Shown here: one piece after another, positions 53,791-64,000 of the stretch
How positions within the stretch are numbered: position 1 is the stretch's first letter
Layout: each line of letters starts with the position of its first letter
Position numbers and translations under genes: made by a program
Notes under the pieces: generated by a model
Databases searched by the model: none
The model's input: only the letters and a program-made list of their open reading frames with translations
Told to the model about the DNA's origin: nothing
Source: Methanomassiliicoccaceae archaeon
GTDB lineage: Archaea > Thermoplasmatota > Thermoplasmata > Methanomassiliicoccales > Methanomassiliicoccaceae
Assembly: GCA_963728405.1 (NCBI GenBank)
Contig: CAVSJV010000003.1
Coordinates: 224,001-288,000 of the forward strand
Direction: 5' to 3'
DNA: 64,000 bases

Positions 53791-54273
53791 ATGAGGACCG
53801 AGACAGTGGAGCTGAGGAAGCCACCAGAGACGAACATCATCGTCGGCCAGTCCCATTTCATCAAGACCGCTGAGGACATCTACGAGGCGTTGATGAACGC
53901 CGCCCCGGGGATCAAGTTCGGGGTCGCCTTTTGCGAGGCGTCCGGGGACCGGCTCATCAGGGTCGAGGGAAACGATGATGGCCTTCGCTCCGCGGCGATC
54001 GATAATGCCCAACGCATCGCCGCCGGCCATACCTTCGTCGTCGTGCTCGCCAACGCATACCCCATCAACGTGCTCAGGAGCATCAAGGACGTGCCTGAGG
54101 TCTGCGGCATCTTCTGCGCCACGGCTAACGAGGCCGAGGTGCTGGTGGCCGAGACCGAGAGGGGACGGGGGATCATCGGGGTCGTGGACGGCCAGACCCC
54201 AGTGGGAGTGGAGAATGATGAGGACGTCAAAAAAAGGAGAGAACTCCTTCGGCGCATCGGATACAAGCGCTGA
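53791..54273 (+). CDS. Adenosine-specific kinase family (DUF355) protein
   Basis: NIIVGQSHFIKT.ED, FGVAFCEASG, IFCATAN, GRGIIGVVDG. Confidence 0.88.
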   Translation: MRTETVELRKPPETNIIVGQSHFIKTAEDIYEALMNAAPGIKFGVAFCEASGDRLIRVEGNDDGLRSAAIDNAQRIAAGHTFVVVLANAYPINVLRSIKDVPEVCGIFCATANEAEVLVAETERGRGIIGVVDGQTPVGVENDEDVKKRRELLRRIGYKR

Positions 54274-54274
54274 T

Positions 54275-55039
54275 GTGGAGAGCCTGGACCTGTACGAGGC
54301 ATCGGCCAGGTACTATGATATCTGGCATGAAGACTACCACGACGACATCCGCTTCTTCCTGAGGCTGGCCGAGAGGACCGGTGGGCCGGTCCTGGAGGGC
54401 ATGAGCGGCACCGGCAGGGTGCTCATCCCCTTCGCCCAGGCAGGTCTGGACATCACCGGGGTGGACCGCAGCTCCGCCATGCTGGACCAGTGCGCCACCA
54501 AGCTGTCGTTCCAGAAGCTGGAAGTGCAGCAACGGATCGACATGGTCCAAGGGGATGTACGGGATGTCAAGCTGGAGCGCATGTTCAAGCTTGCCTTCAT
54601 CCCCTTCAACTCGTTCCTGCATCTGCTGGAGACAAAGGACCAGGAGGCCGCCCTGCGCAACATCCATGCTCACCTCGAGGACGGCGGACTGTTCTCCTTC
54701 GTGGTCTTCTCTCCCCGCCTCGACCGGCCGGAGCAGCTGCTGCGCCATCGGGGCACCAAGATCACCTACCAGGGAGAGATTATATCGTGGTTCGAATCAC
54801 AGACCTTTGATCAACCAAGCCAGCGCACCACGGTCACCTATTTCTATGACATTTCCAGGCAGGACAAGCCACTGCGCCGGGTGACCTCGGTGTTCACTCT
54901 TCGCTATCTGTTCCAACGCGAGGCGCTGGAACTGCTGGACCGGTGCGGTTTCGAAGTGCTGGAGGTCAACGGCGACTATAACGGCGGCCCCTTCAAAGCC
55001 ACCAGTGAGCTCATGCTGTTCGTGGCCAGGAAGAGATGA
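54275..55039 (+). CDS. Class I SAM-dependent methyltransferase
   Basis: VLEGMSGTGR, GVDRS.AML, FNSFLHL; GTG start after the upstream stop. Confidence 0.85.
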   Translation: MESLDLYEASARYYDIWHEDYHDDIRFFLRLAERTGGPVLEGMSGTGRVLIPFAQAGLDITGVDRSSAMLDQCATKLSFQKLEVQQRIDMVQGDVRDVKLERMFKLAFIPFNSFLHLLETKDQEAALRNIHAHLEDGGLFSFVVFSPRLDRPEQLLRHRGTKITYQGEIISWFESQTFDQPSQRTTVTYFYDISRQDKPLRRVTSVFTLRYLFQREALELLDRCGFEVLEVNGDYNGGPFKATSELMLFVARKR

Positions 55040-55893
55040 TGCGGGCCCCCCTGCTCGATCTGGACCATACCTTGGACAGTGGGCAGGTGTTCCGATGGAC
55101 AAGAGAGGGGGAGTGGTGGACAGGGGTCGTGGGACCTCGATCGCTACGGCTTCGCCAGAAGGACGGCCGCCTGGACATGGAGGGTGACGTCGATGAGGCC
55201 TTCCTCCGCTCCTACCTGCGATTGGACGACGACCTGGAGGCCATCTACCAGGACATCTCCAGGGACGAGTGCATCGCCGGCATCATCGACCGCTTCCGGG
55301 GGATGCGACTGATCCGCCAGGACCCCTGGGAATGTTCAGCGTCCTATCTCCTGGCCTCGTATTCCAACGTGCCTCGTATCAAGAAGATGATCGAGAACCT
55401 ATGCCGCACCTACGGGCAGAGGTTACCGGATGGGCGATACTCATTTCCCTCCCCAGAGGAGATCGCCGAGGGTTGCGGGGACATCGCCAGCTGCCGATTG
55501 GGCTATCGGGCGGAGTGGATCAAGGGCTACGCCCGCTCGGTGATGGACGGTTCGTTCGACCTGCCCAGGCTCCTGACCCTCGAATATCCCGAAGCGGTGC
55601 GATACCTGAAGACCATCAAGGGCATCGGAGATAAGGTCGCCGACTGCATCGCTCTGTTCTCCCTGGACCACCTGGAGGCCTGCCCGGTGGACGTACGCAT
55701 CGCCCGAGCGATGAAAGAGATCTACGGCGTGTCGGGCAGTTACAAGAAGGTCAGCGAGCACGCTCGTCAGCACTTCGGTCGGTTCGCCGGCTACGCCCAG
55801 GAATATCTATACATCGCCGAGGATCGGGAAAGGAAGAAAGAACTGGCATCTATCCGATCGTGCATTCCGGGCAGACGCAGTCAGGGGCCCTGA
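55036..55893 (+). CDS. ogg1: 8-oxoguanine DNA glycosylase (OGG1-type HhH-GPD)
   Basis: TLDSGQVFRW, RLIRQDPWE, LGYRA, KGIGDKVADCIALF, PVDV, FAGYAQEYL. Confidence 0.9.
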   Translation: MMRAPLLDLDHTLDSGQVFRWTREGEWWTGVVGPRSLRLRQKDGRLDMEGDVDEAFLRSYLRLDDDLEAIYQDISRDECIAGIIDRFRGMRLIRQDPWECSASYLLASYSNVPRIKKMIENLCRTYGQRLPDGRYSFPSPEEIAEGCGDIASCRLGYRAEWIKGYARSVMDGSFDLPRLLTLEYPEAVRYLKTIKGIGDKVADCIALFSLDHLEACPVDVRIARAMKEIYGVSGSYKKVSEHARQHFGRFAGYAQEYLYIAEDRERKKELASIRSCIPGRRSQGP

Positions 55894-56230
55894 CCCCCGT
55901 GTGGATCTCATAGACCTTCACTAACATGCCGCTGCGCTTGACCATCTCGCAGACCCGGCAGGTCTCGGTCACGATGTCCGAACCATCGATGATGCGCTGA
56001 GCGGCCCGGCATACCTCGGCCTTGAACTCCTCGTACTTGCCACTGTTCTCCAGCTCCTTGTTCGTCCCTCTCTTGGACTTTAGGTACTGAGATATGGCCG
56101 CATCGGTGACGCCGAATCGCCTGGCTACCTCGGCCTGGGTCAGCTTATGCTTCTCCACCAGCTCCCTGGCCAACTCTCGCCTGATCGAAGGAAGAACATA
56201 CCACACGATGAGCTCGCAAGGGATTTTCAT
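55850..56230 (-). CDS. Archaeal HTH transcriptional regulator with Cys motif
   Basis: PCE..LPSIR..LTQAEVARRFGVTDAAISQYL..KRG; C..C. Confidence 0.85.
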   Translation of the reverse strand: MKIPCELIVWYVLPSIRRELARELVEKHKLTQAEVARRFGVTDAAISQYLKSKRGTNKELENSGKYEEFKAEVCRAAQRIIDGSDIVTETCRVCEMVKRSGMLVKVYEIHTGVRAPDCVCPECTIG

Positions 56231-56392
56231 AGTAGGAGGGGAAACGGCTTAACAATATTTAAAAGTTAACACCCCTTTGTTTTCCCCATAGAACTTTCCT
56301 AGGGATCGACCTGCGAGGGCGGTCCAAGATGGGAAAGAATTGAAAAGGGCCTCGGGACCTCATCCTGGGTCGAGAGCGTGGTTCCGGCGGCC

Positions 56393-59300
56393 TTAGACCT
56401 CTCCGGGATGGGTCTTCTCATAGAACGCCTGGACCTCCCAGTCAGGGATGGTATTGGGGTCCTCGGCCACCCGGATGGTGAGACCATTGTCCTTGAGATA
56501 GCGGGTGAGTACCGCCCGGGCCTCCTTCTCGCCCTTGAAGTCCTGGAGGACGATATCGGAGGCCTTGATCCTTCCCCGGAACGAGCCGATCATATGGGGC
56601 CCGTCCATTATCAGGGAGAAGTAGCTCCCCCCTAGATCCTGCCTGATCCGCTCCGCGAGGTAGGTATGGAGGTTGTCCTCGGGGCCCAGGACGAACTGTT
56701 CCCTGGTCCTGACCTTCCCGATCTGTTTGAGGTCCTCTCTGAGCATCCAATGGACGCTCTCATCCCCGTCCACTAGGAACCCCTTGACCAGGAAGCCCTC
56801 CCTTTCCAGGTCGGCCAGTATGCCCCGCAGCTCCTTCATCGACAGTTCGTACCGGGTGTAGCGGGACAGGTTCTCCGCACTGAAGATGCCAAAGTTGCGG
56901 AAGCAGTGGCGGATTATCTCCCGTCTCGCTTCCAAGACCGGAAGGGGGCTGGGCGGAACGATGCGCACCCGCTTGTTCTGGTCCTGATAGATCAGGGTCC
57001 CGTTGCTCAGCTCCTTGATAGCATCATAGGTGGCCCGATGACCCAGGACCGAACGATCGAAGAGCTGGTTGCGGGACATGGGCTTGCCATCCTGGACCAC
57101 CTGGAGAAGCATCTTCATCTCCTCGGTGACCTTACGGTCCTTGGCCCGGCGACACAGCGAGGCGTGCTCCAGGCTACAGTACGTGACATAATCCGGTATG
57201 GCATGGACCTTGATCAGGAAGCCCATCTCATACATCTTCTTGAGCAGGATGCGGTTGCGGCAGCGGAGGGCCGCCGCGGCGTCCGACCTCAGCCCTCCGG
57301 TGGACTTGATGGCCTCGACCACGTTGGTATAGCGGCGGCGGGGCTCGATGTGCTGCTTCCAGAGGATATAGGAGAGCACATCCTCCCACGGATGGTGGTC
57401 TAGGGCCATAGTGCCCTTGACGAACATATCGCCGATGCGCGAGTAGCCGTGTTCCTCGAGCACGGCCTTCGTTTCCGGCAGTGCGTTCTCCGGCGATTTT
57501 CCCAGGACCTCACGGATGCGGACGATGTCATAGCCCATCATGCCGTAGAAGGACATGAAGCGGTCCAGCGCCTCCAGGGCGTCGGGCAGCAGGGCGGGGT
57601 CCTCCAGGTCCAGCTCACGGACCTCAATGCACCCGCTCATGTTCCACTTCTCCGCCCCGCCCACCAGACGGCCGTTCGAAACGATGGGGAAGATCCACCG
57701 GTCGCCATACTTGGAGGCGATGGACGCCCACAGGGCCTGCACACCCGGATCATACAGGGACACGATCCTCATGGCCTGCTCGTTCCGGGGGACTTCCTTC
57801 AGCCGAGGCAGCTCGTCGCGGAAGAGATACATCTCCTCTCTCGACTCCCCAACGGTCACGGTCTCGACGTCCAGCTCGTTGAGGATGGCCCCGACCTCGG
57901 CGATAGGGAACTGGGTGGCGGTGGTGATCGCATAGATGGGCACCGGGCCATAGGCTCTCAGGAACCGTTCCACGATCACCTTGTATGGATCTCCATCGTA
58001 CGCGGGCGCGTTGTAAGCGAGGTAAGTGTTCTCCGATGACCACTCTTCCCGCTCCTCGAACCTACGGACGATGTACATGTTGCGGTCCAGGCGGTCCACG
58101 CTCTCCTTGAGCTCTTCCTTGGTATGGCCAAGCGCGGGTAGCAGCTGGCGGAGGGACATGCCCTCGTCGCTGTACCGGATGAGGTCCAGTACTTTTTGGT
58201 CGAGTGGTTTGAGGGCCGCGTTGCGGTACGCCGCAACGTAGGCTGGGGCATCGATGTCACGCACGTACTTGACCCTCCCCCGTAGGAACCGGCCCAGGAG
58301 CAGTCTCCCCGAGCGGCGCATCTCCTCCCAGTCCTTCAGCTGGAAGCCCTTCACGCGGTGGAAGGCATCGAGGGGCATGCCAATGTCCCCAAAGTTATCG
58401 AACAGCTCGTCGATGGAGCCAAACGCCTGGTCCTGCTTGGAGCGGCGGTACGCCTCCACCGTGCTATGATCGTAGGCGTTCAGATTGTTGGTCTTGAGCC
58501 GGAGGTAATCGCGGCGAAGCATGTATTGCTCGTGCTCCGAGACCAGGTAGCGGCCCTTGGACACCAGGCCCTCTTGGACCAGGTCATCGAGGGTCCGCCG
58601 GACCTCCTGAACGTCCAGTCCGAAGACGAAGGCGATCTCTTCCGCCGTGGCCGGGGCGAAGCATTCCAGATGATGCACTAGGATCTCGTCCAGGGCGTCC
58701 TGGCGCGGCCTCTTCTCCACGTCCCGACGCTGGTACTGCCACTTGCCGTCGCGGTAGGCTACCCGACCGACCGAACCTCCGGCCTCCATCCTCCGGATGA
58801 GCTGGTGGACCTTGTCGCTGGGCGCGTCCAGCTTCTCGGCCAGCTCCTGAGGGGTGCGCGGCTCGGCCAGCTCCAGGAGCGCCCGCTCCTCGAGCGCGCT
58901 CCTCGGCCGGTCCTTGGACAGCACCGCGAGATAGATCGGCAGGTCCTCGGTCGGCACGAAGTAGGCGTCATCGATATAGACCGACGATATCGCTCCTTCC
59001 TTGACGAGCTCGGCGGACCAGGCGTCCACAGACTCACGCCCGGCCACGGTGAAGGGGTAGACGTTGCGCCCCTTCTCCTTGAGCACTCGGATCGGTCCGG
59101 CCCGGCGGACCAGACCGAGCAGGTCATCCTTGGTGGCCACGAACCCGACGCGCTGCCGGAAGTATGGCAGGACCTTGTCCTCGGTGAACTCGAACTCAGA
59201 GATCTCCGAGCCCATGACCTTAGACAGCACCCGGCGGTGCAGCTCCCTGAGCAGGGCGCCGCGGTCCTCCATCAGCACCATGTCCGATATACCGGCCAGG

Positions 59301-61771
59301 ATGGCGTTGTGGGCGAACGGCGACGGGGCCGAGGTATATTCGAGGGCCTTGACCCGGACCTCTCCGCTCTCGATCGAACCGAGGATGTCCTTGGCGTTCT
59401 TGATGTCCATGACATCCTCCATGATCTCACGGTAGGTCTCGTCGATCACCGGGACGCCTTCCATGTTGCCCAATGCTTCCAGGAGATACTGGGAGCGGAC
59501 CTGCTGCCGGCCCACGGACACTTCCCGGCCCTTGTAGTTGCGCAGGATCATGAAGCTGCGGGAGGCGGTGTGCCGGAACCGCTGCTTGAACAGCTCGGAG
59601 TCCTTGATCGCTCTCGACAGGATGCCCTCAAGCAAGGCCGATGACAGCAGCCGCTCGATGCCCGCGATCTCGATGCGCTTGGGCGAGGAGACCATGAAGG
59701 TGTCGTCGGTGATGGAGACCGAGACATTGCTGCCCAGTTGCTGAGTGAGCACGAAAGCGTAGGCGCGGGAAAGGGCGTCATTGACCCGCCGCCCGAATGG
59801 GAAGTGGAAGATGAGGTTGTAGTTACCGGTCATGTCGATGTAGCCTTCGATCGCCAGCTCCTTGTCGTGGGGGATGAAGCCACACGCCGCCATCTGCTCC
59901 CGGAAGTAGGATAGGATCGACTGGGCCGAGCCCAGATCGATGCCGAAGGCGCACAGCCATTTCAGGATCTCATCGTCCTCCAGCTCCAGCCGCTCCATCA
60001 GCTCCCGTCGGAAAACGGCTATGTTCATCGATAGGTCGAACGACCGGGGCAGCATCTCTCCGCTCCAGGACGGCACGGTGGGCTTGCGCCCGGCCGCTTC
60101 CTTGACGAAGACCTTCATGCCCTTGGTCCGCACGTACTCGTACGATTTGCCGCCCAGAACGAACACGTCCCGGGCCGACAGCCGCTCGACGAACTTCTCG
60201 GACAGGTCGCCGATCAGCCCGCCCTTGTCGGTGAAGACCTTGTAGTGCGCTTCCTCGGGGATCGTTCCCAGGTTGAGGAAGTATATCATCCTCGAGCCGG
60301 CCCTCTTGCCAAAGCGGGCCTCGGCCTCGTCATACCACAGTTTGGGGTACACGCCCTCGAAGGCATCCTTGCTTCCGAGGTAGCGCAGCACTTCCAGGAA
60401 CGACTTCTCCGATAGATTGCGGTAGCAGTAGGAGGAGCGGACGACCTCGAGCGCGTCCTTGACGTCCCAGCGCTGTTCGAGGGACATGCCCACCAGGCTC
60501 TGGGAGAGCACATCCAGGCAGTTCTCGGAGATGGATACGCGGTCGATGTGCTTGCGGTGGGCGGACCGGCACAGCACGGCGCATTCCACCAGATCGTCCT
60601 TCTCGAACACCAGCATACGGCCCTTGGAGGTCAGCCCGTGTCCGTGGCCGCTGCGTCCGATGCGCTGCAGCCCTTTGGCCACCGACTTCGGCGAGCCGAT
60701 CTGGACGACCAGGTCGACCGAGCCGATGTCGATCCCCAGCTCCAGGGAGGTGGAGGACACCACGCACTTCAGCAGCCCCTTCTTCAGGCGCTCCTCGACG
60801 TCCAGCCGGGTCTCCTTGGCCAGGGAGCCATGGTGTGCCTCGATGCCTTCCAACCCGCGCTCCTTTAGCTTGTACACCACATGCTCGGTGCCCGAACGGG
60901 TGTTGGTGAAGACGATGGTGGTCCGATGCTCCTTGACCATCTCATAGAGCTGGTCGTACATCTTGGAGTTGACGATCTCGTACGGTAGAGAGGTCATATC
61001 GTCGGTGGGACACTCCACCCGGACGTCGAGGTCCCGCTGCCGCATGATCTCTACCACGTTCACCTCCCTCGGCTTGCCGTCCTGGTATCCCACCAGGTAC
61101 TGCGACACTTCCTCGATGGGGGCGAGCGTTGCCGACAGACCGACCCGCACGAACGGACGGGAGCACAGATGCTGCAGCCTCTCCAGAGTGAGCGACAGGA
61201 ACACCCCGCGCTTGGAGTCGCACACCTCGTGGATCTCGTCCAGGACAACGTACTCGACCTGAGCCAGCCGCTCCCGGAACTTCGGCGCGGCCAGCACCAA
61301 TGCGAGCGATTCGGGCGTGGTGATCAGGATATGGGGCGGCTTCCTCAGCATCTTCTGCCGATCGGCCTGGGACGTGTCTCCTGTGCGCACTCCGACCCGG
61401 ATCTGGGGGAACTCCACACCATCCCTCTCGGCGACCTCCCGCATCTCCCGCAGCGGCTCCTCGAGGTTGCGATTGATGTCGTTGGCCAGGGCCTTGAGGG
61501 GGGAGATGTAGATGGCATAGACGCGGTCTTCCAGCCGGCCATCCTTGGAATATTTGAACAGTTCGTTGATGATCGATGTGAAAGCGGTCAGGGTCTTGCC
61601 CGAGCCGGTGGGCGAGGAAACAAGAACGTTCTGCCGGTTGTGAATTAAGGGAATGGCGTACGATTGAGGCTCGGTGAAGTCCTTGAACTTCCCGTTGAAC
61701 CACTTGGCGATCAGAGGGTCCAAGAGGGAGATTACCTCGTCCTTCTTGTATCTCTTAGTTACCTTTTGCAT
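56393..61771 (-). CDS. lhr: Long Lhr helicase (1792 aa) with C-terminal winged-helix/HTH_42-like extension
   Basis: SPTGSGKT, ISPLKALAND, DEIH, SLELGIDIG, QRIGRSGH; ~900 aa extension with RFLRAYGP, FRNFGIFS. Confidence 0.92.
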   Translation of the reverse strand: MQKVTKRYKKDEVISLLDPLIAKWFNGKFKDFTEPQSYAIPLIHNRQNVLVSSPTGSGKTLTAFTSIINELFKYSKDGRLEDRVYAIYISPLKALANDINRNLEEPLREMREVAERDGVEFPQIRVGVRTGDTSQADRQKMLRKPPHILITTPESLALVLAAPKFRERLAQVEYVVLDEIHEVCDSKRGVFLSLTLERLQHLCSRPFVRVGLSATLAPIEEVSQYLVGYQDGKPREVNVVEIMRQRDLDVRVECPTDDMTSLPYEIVNSKMYDQLYEMVKEHRTTIVFTNTRSGTEHVVYKLKERGLEGIEAHHGSLAKETRLDVEERLKKGLLKCVVSSTSLELGIDIGSVDLVVQIGSPKSVAKGLQRIGRSGHGHGLTSKGRMLVFEKDDLVECAVLCRSAHRKHIDRVSISENCLDVLSQSLVGMSLEQRWDVKDALEVVRSSYCYRNLSEKSFLEVLRYLGSKDAFEGVYPKLWYDEAEARFGKRAGSRMIYFLNLGTIPEEAHYKVFTDKGGLIGDLSEKFVERLSARDVFVLGGKSYEYVRTKGMKVFVKEAAGRKPTVPSWSGEMLPRSFDLSMNIAVFRRELMERLELEDDEILKWLCAFGIDLGSAQSILSYFREQMAACGFIPHDKELAIEGYIDMTGNYNLIFHFPFGRRVNDALSRAYAFVLTQQLGSNVSVSITDDTFMVSSPKRIEIAGIERLLSSALLEGILSRAIKDSELFKQRFRHTASRSFMILRNYKGREVSVGRQQVRSQYLLEALGNMEGVPVIDETYREIMEDVMDIKNAKDILGSIESGEVRVKALEYTSAPSPFAHNAILAGISDMVLMEDRGALLRELHRRVLSKVMGSEISEFEFTEDKVLPYFRQRVGFVATKDDLLGLVRRAGPIRVLKEKGRNVYPFTVAGRESVDAWSAELVKEGAISSVYIDDAYFVPTEDLPIYLAVLSKDRPRSALEERALLELAEPRTPQELAEKLDAPSDKVHQLIRRMEAGGSVGRVAYRDGKWQYQRRDVEKRPRQDALDEILVHHLECFAPATAEEIAFVFGLDVQEVRRTLDDLVQEGLVSKGRYLVSEHEQYMLRRDYLRLKTNNLNAYDHSTVEAYRRSKQDQAFGSIDELFDNFGDIGMPLDAFHRVKGFQLKDWEEMRRSGRLLLGRFLRGRVKYVRDIDAPAYVAAYRNAALKPLDQKVLDLIRYSDEGMSLRQLLPALGHTKEELKESVDRLDRNMYIVRRFEEREEWSSENTYLAYNAPAYDGDPYKVIVERFLRAYGPVPIYAITTATQFPIAEVGAILNELDVETVTVGESREEMYLFRDELPRLKEVPRNEQAMRIVSLYDPGVQALWASIASKYGDRWIFPIVSNGRLVGGAEKWNMSGCIEVRELDLEDPALLPDALEALDRFMSFYGMMGYDIVRIREVLGKSPENALPETKAVLEEHGYSRIGDMFVKGTMALDHHPWEDVLSYILWKQHIEPRRRYTNVVEAIKSTGGLRSDAAAALRCRNRILLKKMYEMGFLIKVHAIPDYVTYCSLEHASLCRRAKDRKVTEEMKMLLQVVQDGKPMSRNQLFDRSVLGHRATYDAIKELSNGTLIYQDQNKRVRIVPPSPLPVLEARREIIRHCFRNFGIFSAENLSRYTRYELSMKELRGILADLEREGFLVKGFLVDGDESVHWMLREDLKQIGKVRTREQFVLGPEDNLHTYLAERIRQDLGGSYFSLIMDGPHMIGSFRGRIKASDIVLQDFKGEKEARAVLTRYLKDNGLTIRVAEDPNTIPDWEVQAFYEKTHPGEV

Positions 61772-62078
61772 CTGTGAAGCTCCTTTGAAATCACGCTCGA
61801 TTCCCCGTACTCATATTATAGGCTTTCGATAAGTTGCCCGAATGGCCTGGGGCCAAGGGGATCGCCCTGAAGGAGACATATCGCTCCTGGCTACCCCCGG
61901 GCAAGGCATTGCATCGACCGAAAATCGGCTCGAATGACGGAACCCGCCCGGGCGCGGTCCTTAAGTGATGGGGGCCGTCCAGACGTGGCCGCTCTTCTCC
62001 AAAGGGGCTCTTCGACAGCGAACGATCAGGTTCGACCAGCGGTCAAAAACAGTTTTATCCCAGGAGAACGTTTCGGCA

Positions 62079-63104
62079 ATGGTCATGAAAATTCCAGCTC
62101 TCCTTCTCGCGCTTTTGGTCCTGGGCCTGGTGGCTTCGTCCGGCGTTGTAGCGGGAGCGGGGACGGTGGTCCTCAGCGGCCATGTGCAGAACCTCGATGG
62201 ACTTCCGTTCGAGGGGGCCAGGATCACCATCCTCAATACAATCACCAATGTCACCCTTTCATCCATTCTGACCAACTCCAACGGGGACTTCTCCTCGCAG
62301 ACCCTGGCCGCTGGTAACTACACGGTCAGCGCCACTTACCCACTTTACAACGCCAACGTCACCTATTCGGGCCTGTCATCCTCGGCCAGCAATCTCGATT
62401 TTTCCCTCTATGAGGTCCAGGGCACCGTGATCGGCCAGGTCACCGACGGGAACACCACTCTATCGGGCGTGAAGGTCATCCTGAGCAACAGCGTGGCCAA
62501 CTTCTCCGCCCTGAGCACCGCCCCCCTGGGGCAGTTCACTATAGAGAACGTGACCTCGGGCACCTACATCGCCCATGCCGTGAAGGACGGCTATGACGGC
62601 GTCAGCGGCATCTATCCAGACCCAGTGGTGGTCTCCAGGGGCAGCATGGTGGAGCTGAACTTCACCCTGACCGAGCTGGCCAACCAGGAAGCTCAGTTAA
62701 GTGGGAAGGTCACCTACGATGGCGACCCCCTCTCCGGGGTCAAGGTCGTCCTCTCGCCGCTGGAGGGCACGGACATAATGACCACCACCGATGCCCAGGG
62801 CAGCTACACTTTCAAGAGCGTGACCGCCGGGCAGTACGAGCTGCTCCTATCCAAGAGCGGATACATCGGCACCTCGCAGAAGGTGGTCCTGGAACCGCTG
62901 AAAGAGAAGAATGTCGACGTCGCTATGAAGAAGGACACCCTTCCGGGGAACGCCGGCTTCCTCATGGACTACGACCTCGCCCATTCCTTGATGATCGTGG
63001 CGCTGGGCCTCGCGCTCGTCACCACCCTCGGCGCCCTGTTCATCCGGCGTCGTGCGCGCAACAAGCCGGAGATCCTGGAGAACGAGGAGGACTCGTCCGA
63101 TTGA
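62079..63104 (+). CDS. Membrane-anchored surface protein with three carboxypeptidase-regulatory-like (prealbumin-fold) repeats
   Basis: Signal peptide; repeated G.V..G..L.G.V..T..G.(F/Y)..G.Y; C-terminal TM plus RRRAR. Confidence 0.8.
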   Translation: MVMKIPALLLALLVLGLVASSGVVAGAGTVVLSGHVQNLDGLPFEGARITILNTITNVTLSSILTNSNGDFSSQTLAAGNYTVSATYPLYNANVTYSGLSSSASNLDFSLYEVQGTVIGQVTDGNTTLSGVKVILSNSVANFSALSTAPLGQFTIENVTSGTYIAHAVKDGYDGVSGIYPDPVVVSRGSMVELNFTLTELANQEAQLSGKVTYDGDPLSGVKVVLSPLEGTDIMTTTDAQGSYTFKSVTAGQYELLLSKSGYIGTSQKVVLEPLKEKNVDVAMKKDTLPGNAGFLMDYDLAHSLMIVALGLALVTTLGALFIRRRARNKPEILENEEDSSD

Positions 63105-63696
63105 TCACTTTTCGAACTGTTCGCTTGATCTCGGCCAGGGCGTTCTCGGCCTGGCGGTTCACCGCCTCGTACATCGAGTTGCCGTGAGCGTCCATGGCCA
63201 CGATCATCGGTCCCAGGTCCTGAGCCTCCACGACCCACAGCGCCTCGGGCATTCCCAGATCCAGCCATTCGACCTTCTTCACCGTCTTGATGCCCTGAGC
63301 GGCCAGCACCGCGGCCCCTCCGGTCATCGCCAGATACACGCAGCCGTGCTTCTTCATCACGTCCAGGGTCGGCCGGGACATGCCGCCCTTGCCGATGATG
63401 GCCCGGATGCCGAACGCCTCTATGAACGCTGGTTCCAACGAGTTCATGCGGGCCGAGGTGGTCGGCCCGGCGGCGATGATGCTCCAACTCTCCCCGTGCT
63501 TCTGAGCGATGGGGCCGCAGTGGAACAGTATGCCGTCCCGGAGGTCGACCGGGAGCGGCTCGCCCCTCTCGTGCATCTCCAGCGCCCGGATGTGCACCTC
63601 ATCTCGGCCGATGAACACCGTGCCCGCTACCCGGACCTCCTGCCCCAGACGAAGCGAGCGGACCGTGCTCTCGGACAGCGGAGCCTGGAGGATCAT
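63040..63696 (-). CDS. Class I fumarate hydratase/tartrate dehydratase beta subunit; true stop may be near 63104
   Basis: GRDEVH, FHCGP, AGPTTSARM, IIGKGGM, LGMPEA, MDAHG. Confidence 0.9.
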   Translation of the reverse strand: MILQAPLSESTVRSLRLGQEVRVAGTVFIGRDEVHIRALEMHERGEPLPVDLRDGILFHCGPIAQKHGESWSIIAAGPTTSARMNSLEPAFIEAFGIRAIIGKGGMSRPTLDVMKKHGCVYLAMTGGAAVLAAQGIKTVKKVEWLDLGMPEALWVVEAQDLGPMIVAMDAHGNSMYEAVNRQAENALAEIKRTVRKVINRTSPPRSPGSPACCAHDAG

Positions 63697-64000
63697 GACC
63701 TCATCTCCACCCTGCCATCGGGGAACACCCGGGCGGTCGCCCTTCGCGCCGCCCAGCATTGCATGTTCACTGCCACCGGCAGACTGGCGGTGTGGCAGAA
63801 GGCGGCCGAGACCCGCACCCCGAGGACGGTGGTCCTCCCTCCTAGCCCCATGGGGCCGACCCCGCTCCGGTTCAGCGCCGTATGCAGCTCGTCCTCCAGC
63901 GCCTGCAGCTGGGCGTCCTCGTTGGGGATGTCCAGCGGCCTCAGCAACGCTTTCTTGGCCAGCTCGCAGGCGAGATCGGCGGTCCCGCCGATCCCCACGC
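63693..64000 (-). CDS. Class I fumarate hydratase/tartrate dehydratase alpha subunit (3' part)
   Basis: GIGGT..LAKKAL, GPMGLGGRTT, HTASLPVAVNMQCWAAR. Confidence 0.9.
   Translation of the reverse strand, partial: VGIGGTADLACELAKKALLRPLDIPNEDAQLQALEDELHTALNRSGVGPMGLGGRTTVLGVRVSAAFCHTASLPVAVNMQCWAARRATARVFPDGRVEMRS

Noticed and set aside
61830-61910. Possible structured RNA (TTGCCCG..CGGGCAA) upstream of the long lhr
   Set aside because: The pairing is within chance expectation for GC-rich DNA, and no SRP or RNase P motifs are present.

Overview
This is a GC-rich archaeal chromosomal window. Gene content (HdrD-like protein, DUF835/KaiC-like proteins, archaeal Lhr helicases, class III pilin, gyrase, BHB tRNA intron) points to Thermoplasmata, probably Methanomassiliicoccales; that assignment is inference. 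In order it holds: a Hyf-like/Ehr membrane complex operon whose large subunit lacks the Ni-binding cysteines, a ferritin-like protein, an HdrD-like protein, a decayed CLC gene, Lhr helicase 1, FAH hydrolase, rlmE, purM, a four-gene SipW/TasA-type fibre operon, DUF531, a deoxyhypusine synthase-like gene, a coiled-coil KaiC-like protein, tRNA-Phe, a type IV pilus locus with two ATPases, a ~2000-aa CARDB surface protein with cytoplasmic zinc ribbons, a KaiC/coiled-coil pair, a solo tnpB, gyrA and gyrB (each with an intein), thiC-like, tRNA-Thr with a D-loop intron, a DUF2226-Zn-DnaA(AAA+)-DUF835 chimera, nfo, ogg1, a long Lhr and fumarate hydratase subunits. Many genes carry single-base frameshifts, including gyrA; these are most likely assembly indels. 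The two best candidates for undescribed systems are (1) a donor-strand-exchange pilus with separate anchor, shaft, Kelch tip and dedicated peptidase, and (2) a bacterial DnaA ATPase domain placed inside an archaeal signalling architecture. All domain calls are by motif recognition; no searches were run.
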